Shown: piece after piece, positions 1-12,200 of the stretch
Numbering within the stretch: the stretch's first letter is position 1
Layout: every line of letters begins with the position of its first letter
Source of the DNA: Lingula anatina
Taxonomy: Eukaryota > Animalia > Brachiopoda
Reading direction: 5' to 3'
DNA length: 64,000 nucleotides
Assembly (NCBI GenBank): GCA_051362555.1
Contig: CM120641.1
Location: 16,182,001-16,246,000 of the forward strand
The notes under the pieces: generated by a model
The model's input: only the letters and a program-made list of their open reading frames with translations
The model's database searches: none
What the model was told of the DNA's origin: nothing
Program-made: the position numbers and the translations under genes

Positions 1-190
1 TTGTTGATATGTTACATTTTGGAAATATGGGTGGATGTCTTGATGCCCTTTTTTCATTGGTACTTATTTGAATTGGAAATATACCCAGTGTGTAAATACA
101 AAAAAAAAATTGCTTCTAAATCACCGAATATTTTTCCAGTTGCAGTTCAACCAAAAGCATCTAAATGTCTGTTTTTTGTCTGATTTACAG

Positions 191-3100
191 CTGAAAGGTT
201 TCCCAGTCAGCCAAATGAATGAGGAGATCACCAGGATCCTGGACACACTGGGCCTTTCTCCCAAGAGACATGCCCAGTCTAAAACACTGTCTGGGGGGAT
301 GAAAAGGAAGCTCTCTGTGGGAATTGCTTTAATAGGAGGATCTAAAGTAAGGGCAGGAAAAAGTTTATTTTACACATCAGTTTTTTTTAATCAGACTTTT
401 TTGAAATGATGAACCCTTAAAAACAGTTATCAAATTTACACTGATGCTAAATCAGAGCAATGGACTAATGCAAAATTCTGTATGAAAAAATAACTTTTAC
501 AGGTCCTAATTTTGGATGAGCCTACCTCTGGAATGGATCCCGATGCCAGACGTCACACCTGGGAGATCCTGCAGCAGCAGCGAGAGGGACGCACAATCCT
601 TCTCACCACCCATTTCATGGACGAGGCAGATGTCCTGGGAGATCGCATAGCCATCATGGCAGATGGTGTGGTACAGTGCTGTGGATCCTCCTTGTTTCTG
701 AAGAATAAGTATGGTGAGTATGCTATAGAACCTTGAATACAATTCAAAACATTCTTTATTGATTTGTTATCATCAGTCTCAGACTTAAGAAGTTGAGGGT
801 TATGAAACTTGTGGAAAAGCATAAAGCTGAAGCCTTTTTTATAACCAGTTCTGTAAACCACAAAATTTTCTCATCAATTATATTTTTGAAATATTCTGAA
901 AGATTAATTAAACACATTTAACATATTTATTTTGACTGATTTATTTTGGTTAATTATCTTTTTAAAAATGTAATTTGTGAATCTTTTGGCTGCAGGTGCT
1001 GGTTACCACATGGTCATAGTTAAAGAACCCAACTGCGTGGTCTCCAAAATAACAGACATCATAAAGAAATATGTACCTGGTGCAGCAATCGAGAGCAATG
1101 TTAGTGCCGAGTTGTCCTACATCTTACCCCATGACAGCTGTGACCAGTTTGAGGGGTTGTTTTCAGACCTGGAGCTCATGAGGGAAGATCTGGGAATTGC
1201 CAGCTTTGGAGCATCTGTCACTACCATGGAGGAGGTGTTTCTTAAGTGAGTCTTGAAGCTGATATCAGTGAGCAATAATGTCTATTCATAAAAGCAATAT
1301 AGATGTCAAATCAGTAAACAAATGTGCTTGAGATTAAGTTTTGGGATGAAATTTACATACGGTAATGACTTGATCTTTTCAGTGGGCAAAAATTATTGAC
1401 TTTCAGATATTTAAAAATCACAAAAATTATTTTTCTTTATATCATTTGTGGTGCTTTTACTGCATAGAAAAGAATTATAGAGTAGCCTGCTTTTTAATTT
1501 TGTTGCTACCACTGAATAGGAATGTTCTAATTTTAACAAATTATGACTTAAAAGATACAGTATCTGTAAAATTCACAGTTTTCTCCCATTGAAAAGATTG
1601 AGTAATTACCCTACATTCTTACATTTTAAAAAACTTTTATGTTCAGAGTTGGAGAATTTTCCCACAATGGGCATGATTCATCTGGAGAGTATGAGTCTAC
1701 ATCGTATAGTGTTCCAATGAATTCAGCAGTAAATGGTCACATCCCAAGCATTGAACCTGAGGACAGCGGTAAGTCAGGTAGGAGTAGAGCTTGCTTGTGC
1801 AATAAAACACTGCTTCATATCAAGTGAAATAATTATTACCATCTTTGATTAGCATATAAAAATATATTTGAATCCCCATTAATGTGAATCATGAGTTTTG
1901 TTTGATTTTTCTTTCAGCTTTTGTTGAAGATACCAAATGTAACAGGGGTTTTGCCTTATACACACAGCAGTTTTATGCCATGTTTGTCAAGCACATTCTC
2001 CACACCTGGAGGAATGTGGTTCTTACAACATCTCAACTCCTAGTGCCATTGTTCTTCACAATACTCGTCTTAATCATTCTGAAGACTCTTCCCACGCCAG
2101 ATGACTCTCCTCCACTTGCCATGGTTTTGGACAACTTCCGCCAGCCAGTAGTGCCCTATTCTCCAGGGTATCAGCCATCTGCATTTGCCAGCCATTTTGG
2201 ACATGTGTTTGAAATGCAGTATAAAGGAACCAATGTGGAAGCTGTGAATATCAATGAAAAAGAGGGTAACATCACCATGATTAACTACTTGGTGGAAAAG
2301 GCTACAAATGATCTAGCAGAATTTGATAATAGATACCTTGTTGCATCTGAGTTTCATGAAGTCAGTGGGGCATATTTGAATGCGACTGCTCTGTTTAACA
2401 ACCAAGGCTATCATACCCCTGCCATCACGCTGTCAGCATTTGACAATGCTGTGTTGAAGTACTATGCCAACAGCAGTTACAATATCCGTACCACCAACCA
2501 TCCGTTACCACCCACCAGCAATGACAAAGTCAACAACCAACTGTTGTCACTAGCGTGGGCTTTCTCCATAGCATTTAATGTGCTGTTTGGAATGTCATTT
2601 CTGGCCAGCAGCTTTGTCCTCTTCATCATCAAGGAACGGGCAATCAAGTCCAAGCATGTCCAGTTTGTCAGTGGAGTCCACGCCATAAACTTTTGGGTCT
2701 CCACCTTTGTATGGGATGTGATCAATTTTCTCATACCAAGTGTCCTCATCATTATCACATTTGCAGCTTTTGATATTCCTGCCTTTATCAATGACGGAAG
2801 ATTTATGCTGACTTTATTCCTGTTCTTTCTCTATGCCTGGGCAATGCTGCCACAGATGTATGTTTTATCTTTCATATTCACAGTGCCGTCATCTGGATTG
2901 GTGTGGTTAACCATGCTCAATTTCTTGTCAGGTAAGCTTTTTCCTCGTGTCTTATTAGATATATAGAATAACAGTAGATGGTATGATATTTTCATTTGTG
3001 CAAAAAATGGATACTTTGTGTTTGGATGTTGGCTGTAATGCTTTACAACTTTTTGAATGAAACCTTTTCCTGCAGCTACCTATACTGTCACAGAAAAAGA

Positions 3101-6100
3101 TGCAAACAGATTCATTAATTACATGATATGAACAATATTTGACTTATATTATAATGTTCAAAGGCTTTCCATTTGTTTTGCTCCAGGCATTGCTACCATG
3201 CTCGCTGTGGACATACTCTCCATTCCAGAACTAGACTTAGTAGACTTGTCCAAAGTTTTGAACTGGATATTCCTGGTTATATTTCCAAACTTTTGCTTGG
3301 GCACTGGGCTCCAGACCATGTATGCACTGTATGCTTCAAATGCTCTGTATGATGATGTTTGCAGGAAAAATGCTGAAATCTTTGACTTTGTATGTCATAT
3401 AAAACAGTATGAGACAACTATGTGTTGTCCTAGTAAGTACCTTTTTCCAGTTTTGACTTTACCAATACATCATGATTTGGTCATTAATATTTAAGCAATA
3501 GATCAACCATTTTTGAGAAGTATACTGTTGGCAAGCTCAACTTTTGGTTTTTACAGTTTTGATTTATTCATCATTGTGCTGTCATCTCTCCATATGTATT
3601 TTGTGCACTATAGTCTATTATACAAAAGAGTCAGGTTATTTGTTGAAAGCAGCTTAATGCTTTAAACAGTAGTCTTAAAAGTAAGCACTAATGTGTTGGA
3701 CTGTTGATATATTACACCTGAATATGTATTTTGATTCTGTGTATTGTTACTGAATATACATAGTAACAGATGTCTTACACGCTAAATTTTTGTGATTTCA
3801 GAGTGCACTGTAAATTGCCTTAGTTATGAAAGTAACTACCTTGTTTGGGATGAAATAGGAATCGGCAGGGAAGTGCTATTCCTAGCATTGCAGGGACTGT
3901 TGTTCTTCAGCCTCCTCTTTTTGATGGAATCGGAGTACTTAAAAAAGCTCTGGTATCGTATGCGCGAGAAGCAGGTGGTTTCTAGGAATCGTACTTTCTC
4001 TGGAATCAGTATGGACGGCCGCATACAAGAGGATACAGATGTTAAAGCTGAAAGAGAAAGGATTTTGAAGCAGCCTCCAATGTATCACAGTGATGCTCTG
4101 GTTCTTAGGGAACTTACAAAATATTATGGGAGTCACCTAGCTGTAAATAATGTAACTGTAGGGATACCACAGGGAGAGTGTTTTGGCTTGCTAGGTAAAT
4201 ATTCCTGAGAAATGAATGACATGGATTGGCATAAAATTTGATAGAGTAAATATATGTCCGTGCCTGCATGCAATCCCATGAGTAGAGTAGCCAGTGAAAA
4301 TAGTTGAACTGTAAATAAAAAAATGCTTGGATACCTAATCCTGTTCAAAATTTTATTCAAAAATTTAATGCTGCATTTTGTTTGCTGACATCTTGTACTC
4401 AGCTCTATCCTTACAGGAGTATTATACACATTGATTTTTGCCATAGGATTGCTATATTTTCAAGTATTGTTCTAACACAAAATGCAGTTGTGATGCTATT
4501 AGTAAGTCCAAAAGTGTTTTCTGATGCATGTTTTTATGAATAACTAATATAATTATATATATTTATATTGTAGGTGTTAATGGTGCTGGAAAAACCACAA
4601 CTTTTAAGATGTTGACTGGTGATGAAATTGTGTCAAGTGGAAATGCATACCTTCAGAATGTTGATATAAGAAGTAACATTAAAACTGTAAGTAAAATTAT
4701 CTTAGTATTTCTTCCACCTGCTTTTAACACTTGAACATTTAAAACAGTTTTCCTTTACATTGGTAACACTGTAGCCAGATATGCTAAAACTGGCAACTGG
4801 GTTTACATTAAAGGCTCCTCACCCTGTTTCATTTTCCAGTCATTTCAAAATTAAACAACTTAATGCCTCTACCTGATATCTGCAAATTTCTTAATTTTAA
4901 TGCATGTGTGCAGACGTATACTGTCCTGATTATTTTTATCTGTCTGTGTCATGGGCAGTACATAAACCCAAAATCATGAAAGTCTGAGACCAGAGGAATC
5001 TTATAAAAAGGGAGAATTTAATTTGAAAGACATTCAAATCTAAGTTGGGCATGCAAGGGGAACAATATTTTATGGGGCGTCCGTACTGTACTACAGTACC
5101 TGAACAGAGTACTTGTGCACACATTTTGGTCATTTTTACTAGAGGTGTGGGAGTTAGTGTGAATTAGGACAAGTAAAACCTCTCACCTCGCACACCTTCC
5201 AAGTTACAATGATGGAGAAATCTTTGTTAGATGAAGTCTACAGCTTCTGTTGCCTAACTGATTAAATACCATTTTGATTGCATGATGAATTAGTTAAAAT
5301 AGTAAAAATATCATTTAGGCTTGGCATAAATAAAAGTGGCCTAAAGTGGCCAGATATCTATCAACCTATATATTACATATGTGATTTGATCTCATTAATT
5401 GAATCTCACACTACTCAAGATTGAAGGTATTTATTTTTTCTCTTTCTCTATCTATAGGTTCAGCAACGTCTTGGCTACTGTCCCCAGTTTGACGCCTTGC
5501 TGGATCAGATGACAGGAAGAGAGACACTGTTCATGTTTGCCAGGTTGCGTGGTGTAGTAGAAGCACAGATCCCCAGTGTGGTCCAGAATTTGATGTCGAC
5601 ATTACTGCTGGAGGAGCATGCTGACAAGCTGGTGAAGGATTACAGGTTGGTTTTGAGTGAAACTATGACAATGTGGTTATTGTGTTTGGTTCGACAGTGT
5701 GCAAGATGTTAGATGATGATTGTGCATTTTATTGTATAAATTGAGAAAGTTTAAGTTGTGAATATGTAGGTATCAAGATAACAGTATTTTCTTTATCTAA
5801 TTTCTTTTGATATTTTCATATATTGCCCTGTTTTTAAATTACGAAAGTGAATTAAAGTTATTCTTTCTCAGGATTGATGTCGTTCTTACAGTGTAAGTCT
5901 AATGGTTTCCTGTGTATTCTTTGCATTTGATAAAAAAATTACACTGAATTTAATTTTGAATTTCTCAACATTTCTTTTGGATTGAGAAGCATGTATAGAT
6001 TATTTTTAAGTTGTGAAACTTTCATTCTCTCTCCAGTGGAGGAAACAAAAGAAAACTGAGTACAGCCGTAGCTTTGGTTGGTAACCCTCCAGTGATCTTC

Positions 6101-6949
6101 CTGGATGAGCCATCATCAGGCATGGACCCTGTTGCTAGGAGACATTTGTGGAACACACTGGCCAAGGTCAGAGCCAGTGGTAGGACTTTGGTACTGACAT
6201 CCCACAGGTGAGGGAAGGGCATTACCCGAGGTGTGGAGTAAAGTTAATTTTCTAGGGAAGAGGACTACAAAATTATATATGTTGTATAATATAGCACTAA
6301 AGCAGAATAATGGATTTTTTTCTTTTTTTGCAAAACTGCAAAATACTAAAAAAAAAGTTTTGAAAATTGTACAGAAATCAAACAGATTCTGTCATGTGAA
6401 CTCCATTTTGTATTTTTTTTTTCAAAATTTACCCTGTGAACTTCACCAAATTTTATTCCCTACATTTCCAGTATGGAGGAATGTGAAGCTCTGTGTACAA
6501 GAATTGCTATCATGGTCAATGGACAGTACAAATGTCTGGGCAGCACACAGCACCTGAAGAACAAATTTGGTGAAGGCTACACTCTTATAGCAAGAATAGG
6601 GCCTCCATCCAGAGGTGAGGACATTGTTCTCCAGCCAGTCATGGAATTTATTGAGAAGTCCTTCCCTGGAAGTGTCCTGAAGGATGAGCACCAGGGATTA
6701 GTGCATTATCATATTACTGACACTACCCTTTCATGGGCCAAAATATTTGGCACAATGGAGCGTGCCAAGGCAGAATTTCATATTGAGGACTATTCTGTCA
6801 GTCAAACGACTTTGGAGCAAGTTTTTATCAACTTTGCTCGGTCTCAAGTCGCCCCCGAGGAGGTTGAGATGGGTACATGTGCCACATGTGGATTATGTTG
6901 CAAAATGATTTTTGGTTGTTATCTGTGCCGATGTGAGAATGTGCAGTGA
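191..6949 (+). CDS. ABCA3: ABC transporter subfamily A (ABCA3-like), 5'-truncated by the window; exons 191-346, 503-713, 996-1245, 1647-1768, 1918-2931, 3187-3432, 3802-4194, 4574-4686, 5458-5645, 6037-6207, 6472-6949
   Basis: Spliced frame (all GT-AG, phases compatible, 1114 codons) contains NBD1 signature [11 protein letters not shown], Walker [12 protein letters not shown] and [10 protein letters not shown]; regulatory TTMEEVFL; second TMD; NBD2 Walker [51 protein letters not shown] and SQTTLEQVF. The ABCA family is certain; the ABCA3 subtype is the best recalled match, not a computed one. Confidence 0.9.
1360..1611. mobile_element. ~250-bp MITE with TA target duplication (Tc1/mariner-pogo type non-autonomous element), copy 1
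   Basis: TA|CGGTAATGACTTGATCTTTTCAGTGGG ... CCCATTGAAAAGATTGAGTAATTACCC|TA imperfect terminal inverted repeats. The internal sequence (GGTGCTTTTACTGCAT, GAGTAGCCTGCTTTTTAATTTT, TGCTACCACT) recurs at 56700-56944 and, reversed, at about 58035-58178 and 59671-59904. Confidence 0.75.
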
Positions 6950-8519
6950 GTTTGATTGTGTGATGTACTTAAGTTAAACTGAATTGTGATTTATATAAAG
7001 ATTTCAAGTGAACTTGCATTTGAAGTACATGCATATAATTGCCAAAAGAATAATGGGGATCATTTCCAGTTTAACTACCACATACTGGTATTTGCTCACA
7101 ATTCTCGTAAATAATACATGTACTTCACACATTATTGAAATTATGGAAATTATTTTGTTTGAATGATATCCTTGTTATGTTAATTCAATTGTTAAGTTTA
7201 TTGACATTTGGTATTGGATAGCGATTGAGATTAATTCAGGTTGATGCAATTTTGTCAGTTAAAAAGGATGTTCAGTTATTGTTTGAAACAATTTACTGGA
7301 AGTTGTTACTTATAAGGTGATGTTTTGATTAAGTATGGTTTGTATGATGCAAGATATATTATTCTCATCAGAAATAGCACCCATTATATATTTATATTTG
7401 CTGGTAACACTTTGCAGTAGAAATCAGTTTCTACATCATCATAACCAAAGAAACAGTAAAACTTATGAATCATGTGATGTGATGTGATAGTATTTCATTG
7501 TGCAATTTTGTAATTTGTTCTCATCTAATGTTTTTGTTGAAGCATTGTCTCTTTTTCTTCAAAATGTCAGCCTCTCAGCAAAAAAAGCATATGTACTATA
7601 ATTCAGGTTCTACCCTTTACATGCCTTTATAACAGATTGAATTTCATTACCTCTGTGGCTTTATGGTTATGAGAAAGGAGTAGAAAAATGAATTTGACTG
7701 TGATAAAAGCGGTGAACAAACATTGGAATAGAAGTTGGAAAAACATTTATTTTAACTAAAAATGTGAGGGTGTTTTTAATTTTTTAATGTTATATAAGAA
7801 AACATGCAGTAACATGATTTTAATTTATTGACAGAATTGTTTGATATTTTGATACAGAGCTGCTTCTTAAGGACTCAAAATATTTTCAGCAAATAAAGAA
7901 TATCAAATTTTATTAGTCAATGTTATTTTATCTTGTCTGCCCGATATTAGAGTGGCGAAGGATGTTCTGCATCTTTTTGCCCATGATTGCTAAACTGTTT
8001 GCTGGGAGGGCATCATTTAACATTGTAGTGTAGAAATATATTCACAGTATCAATAAAGACACCAGTTCTATGTTGTGAGAATGTTAATACTGGAATAGGG
8101 CAATAACTGTTACTGTGGTTTTGAAAAAAGGCAAATTTAGATATAGACAAAATGTTTTGATAATCTATTTGATGAAATACATATCGTATTTGTAATTAAT
8201 CTTAAATCCGAAACAACGTTCTTGTCTTGAAAAGTACAGATCTTGAGAAACCAAAAAACTAGGAAAGTTTGCTAGTTTGTTGGGCTTGTCTTGGTGAGGG
8301 GAATCCTAATCCAAACCGAGGCTTGCATAATACACAAGTGATTCTGTAAATGCACAGGAAGGTTATGAAAGAGGTAACAAAAGTTAGGTTTTCTGAAATC
8401 AAACGGTTAAATATATTTTTCCTAGTCAGATATGAAAAAGTGATTTATATAAAGCTGTCAACTATACACTATTTAACGTAGTTATTCGTTTATAAACGCC
8501 AATACATTGATACATAAGA

Positions 8520-9200
8520 AGAGCTGACGCGACAAAGTATTTCGCTTAGCTCAGCTGATTTGCATGGCCACTTTGTTCGTCTTACTCCACAAAAAGTAAG
8601 CGGCTGAGGTAACTTAAGTGAGGTGTTGTTCAAATTTTCCTCATTTTATCAAAAGATTGGACTTGAGATCATTTTGAATACACCAGGAGACGTGTCTTCC
8701 CTTGGGCCAGCTGTAAAATAGCGTAAAGTTATTAAATGTAAAGCCACATATAAAATTTATGCAATTTACTTGCTTCATTCTATTTTAGGTAATGTGTCCA
8801 ACCCATGAGAAATCCAGAGCCCACATAAGTTGAAGGTATGCTGATTTATCGCTTCATTGCATTTTTCACTACTTGTGATGGGTTAAAAGAGTGGTTTGAT
8901 ATTTTGATTAACAAAACGATGATTATTTCAGAAACATAATATGTGTGTATGTTATACACATGGTGAACAAGGTTTATTAGATTTTCAAAATTCAGGCCAA
9001 TGTATGCTTAATATAGACTAGCACGAAGTTCATGTAAACAGTATTTGTTAGTGAAGTCTGATTTTTAATTGTAGATAACTTAATTTGCACAACTTGCATA
9101 TTTCAGCTGAATTTATTAATGGGGCTTTTGATTCATGTAACTTGTAGGTAAAGAGAGATTAACTATGTTTGATGCTTGAAGAAAAAATAATAAACCAATT
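8520..9200 (+). promoter_or_regulatory. Probable ERCC6 promoter and non-coding 5' exons
   Basis: Locally CpG-richer patch at about 8520-8720, a strong donor GAG|GTAACT at about 8608, a candidate short exon at about 8789-8835 (TAG|...GAAG|GTATG) and an acceptor TGTAG at 9147 upstream of ATG 9201. Inferred without transcript data. Confidence 0.4.
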
Positions 9201-12200
9201 ATGTCATCCACTGATGAGAGGGATTTCAAGTCCAAAGAGCCCACAGTAATGGAAGAGGATGGAGAAACCAGTCCTCCATGTGATGGAAGGAAAGAAGAGG
9301 TAGTGGGAAAGAAAACAGACGTTTTCCATGTGGATTCTACACTTATACATAGCATCCCAGAATCTGAACAAGATGACGAGCTTAAAAACTTGGGAATTGA
9401 TGTATTTAACCAGGAGGACTTTGAACAAGGTAGCATTGACATGATTAGAATTACTTTGAATTTCTGTGAGAGAGACATTCAGTATCTGACTTCATTTTTC
9501 ATGTTGTTTATAATTAAATGATTATTTAACATTAGGCCACACTTTTTTATTTTTATGGATGACATCCTGCGCGCGCACCGATTTTCGCCTGTTCTCCCCC
9601 CCAAAAAAAAAAAAATCCCCCACCCCACCCCCAACGAAGTCGGTTGTCGCAAACGTCGTTATTGAATTTGCCAGGAAATGAGCTTTCTGCGCATGCGTGT
9701 TATCGCCACGTGGAAATGCAGCCGCTTTGCCGTCAAATTCATCTCTAGGATTACTTTCAAATTACACAACAATAAAAGTCATAAAGAGAACAGGCGCCGT
9801 CGTTTTGGATTGGTATGCCATTGATATTGGGCATGGAGATATCACCTTTTTTACAATTGTGCGAAAGGCTGGCGGCGGCCAGCAATTACCGCCCCAAAAA
9901 TTTCTGTGACATTCTGTACAAAACAGCACATTAATACCAGGTTTTCTCTAGCGAAAAAAGGGTCGACAAGGGCATCGAGGTATTCGGTGGGCTGAAGGTC
10001 GGACAGGCCACCTGACAGTTTGGCTGCTTTGTGTGAGTTGAAGTAGACAAAATGTCATCGTCTGAAATGACCTTTAATAGATTTGGTAGTATTAAGCATA
10101 TCTTTGCATCGTTTTTTAAACATTTCTGTGAAGTGTTCAAAATGCTTTAATATTCTGAGAATACAAATAAAGACACATTGTTTGATTGATATTTGTTTTA
10201 TTGATTGCTATGCCAACTAAATGCATGAAATAACCTTAAATAGATTTGGTAATATGAAGTATAGCTATTCATGACTTTTTTTTTTACATTTCTACGAAGT
10301 ATTCACAATGCTTTAATATTTTGAGAGCATGGATAAAGACATATTGTTAGTTTGATACGTGTTTCTGTGGTAAAATTTGTGTTTCCAGCTGCGTACTGAC
10401 AGCATTCCTTTACTTAAGCAGTATTTTTTTTTTTGGACTGTTTTTTTTTTTGCCCTCTCGCACCAATTTTGGGGTACCCAGAGGATGTCATCCATAAAAA
10501 TAAAAAAGTGTGGCCTTAGCGTGGAGAATTATACTTTTGAAGAAAATTTATTTTGAAATGAGTAGTAATCTTAGTTAAATTCATGATTGAAAATTCTCCC
10601 CTTTGCTTTGTGAGATGTTTAAGGTACACTCTCCTCACATATTAAATCATATTAATTTCTGTATTTTTAGATTATATTTATTTCTGTATTTTAAGATATA
10701 AAAATAGGTATGATCCACATGATACAAAATGTTTCCTAATCAATTCAATAATCCCATTAGGAGTTGTCATCACTAATACAAAGACTTGTTCTTTTCATCT
10801 TAAAGAAAGCAGAATGAAACTTAAATACAAAACTTCCGGATTTAAAAGAGGGGTATAGAACAGATGTGAACATGAAGAGGTGTAATTGTAGGGTTGTTAT
10901 ATTTATATGTTGTTGGTCTACCTCAGGTGTCATGGCCCAGGTGGACCAGGCCATTGCTTCACAGGAAAAACAAAGAATCCAGGCAATGCTGGAGAAGGAG
11001 CTTAATTCTGTTGAGGATGATGTGAGGTAGGAATGGGATGGGCTTTTATCTCTGTGGTTTTATGAAAATTTTGCAGTTTTGATTTTCAAGACTACTTTAT
11101 GTTAAACTTTTCTATAAAACATTTTAACAAATCATTTTAATGTGACAAATTGTAAGATGTTAACATACAGAATGTGATTGGCAGGTCAATCATGTAATTT
11201 AAAATCAGTATCAGTTTCACAAATTCACTTATATTTTAATTTGATATATATCTGCTGAGCACATTATCTTAAGTAAAATGCAATGTATATATATATATAT
11301 ATATCAATATTTATCAATATTTTATCAGATCAGTCAAGCAAGAACTTGGTCAGATTGAGAAAGTCCATTCGCTCCTAAGGCACCAGACTGGTGTGAGCAA
11401 GGAGGTGCAGAAAAGACTGGACTCCTTGCAGAAACAGAAGGATAATAAGGTGAGAGGTGAATGTTTTTTTTTTTTTTTTTCATAATTTAAAATTAACTGC
11501 AAGCATGTAAGGAAAAAATCAAAAAATGCAAATACAGCTCTAACAGAGTGATTACAACAGCTCTTTCATTTCTATGAGTGAGCTTGCTAAAATTGTTTTA
11601 TTATCATTTGGGTATATTTATAAATCCCTTGTTCTTTATCAGTGTAATATTTTGTGTCTGAAATAAATTACATATCTCCTTGGTGTCCAGATTCAGGGGT
11701 CTGATATATTTTGAATTACAGACAAAACAACTTAGGAAACTGAAAGCCAGACAAAAAACATTGCACAAAAAGTTATATGGAACTCTAGAAGGTTTGCAAG
11801 AAGAAGGTAAGATATTAAATATATGCTTCTCAAAACAATATTCATTAAAATGAGTTAAATATTCTTTTGTATAGGATATTCATGTCACATGTCTTTTTAA
11901 TGCAGGAGAAATTTGATGGTCATTGATAACAATTTTAGACCAGCTGTTTGGGTGAACTGTTCAATTTTACATCTTTGCAGATGAAGAAGTTGCAGAGGGT
12001 CAGTCTGCATTGGAGCAAGCTCTGGGCTTAGGTAAACAAACAGAGACGGAAGAGGAAAAAATGATCAGAACAGGAGAAATGACCCCATTTGGAACTATCA
12101 TGAAACTCATTGACCATGAGAAATTGAAAGCAGAAACCAAAAAACATGCATCTTCTGAAACACCTAAAGAGGAACAAACCGCAACAGAGAATGATTTCCA

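Noticed and set aside
9231-9260. Other CTGATGA/CTGAAGA occurrences as hammerhead cores (also about 12763, 17603 and 35794)
   Set aside because: They lack a stem II followed by GAAA and a pairing helix I, and several lie in coding exons.
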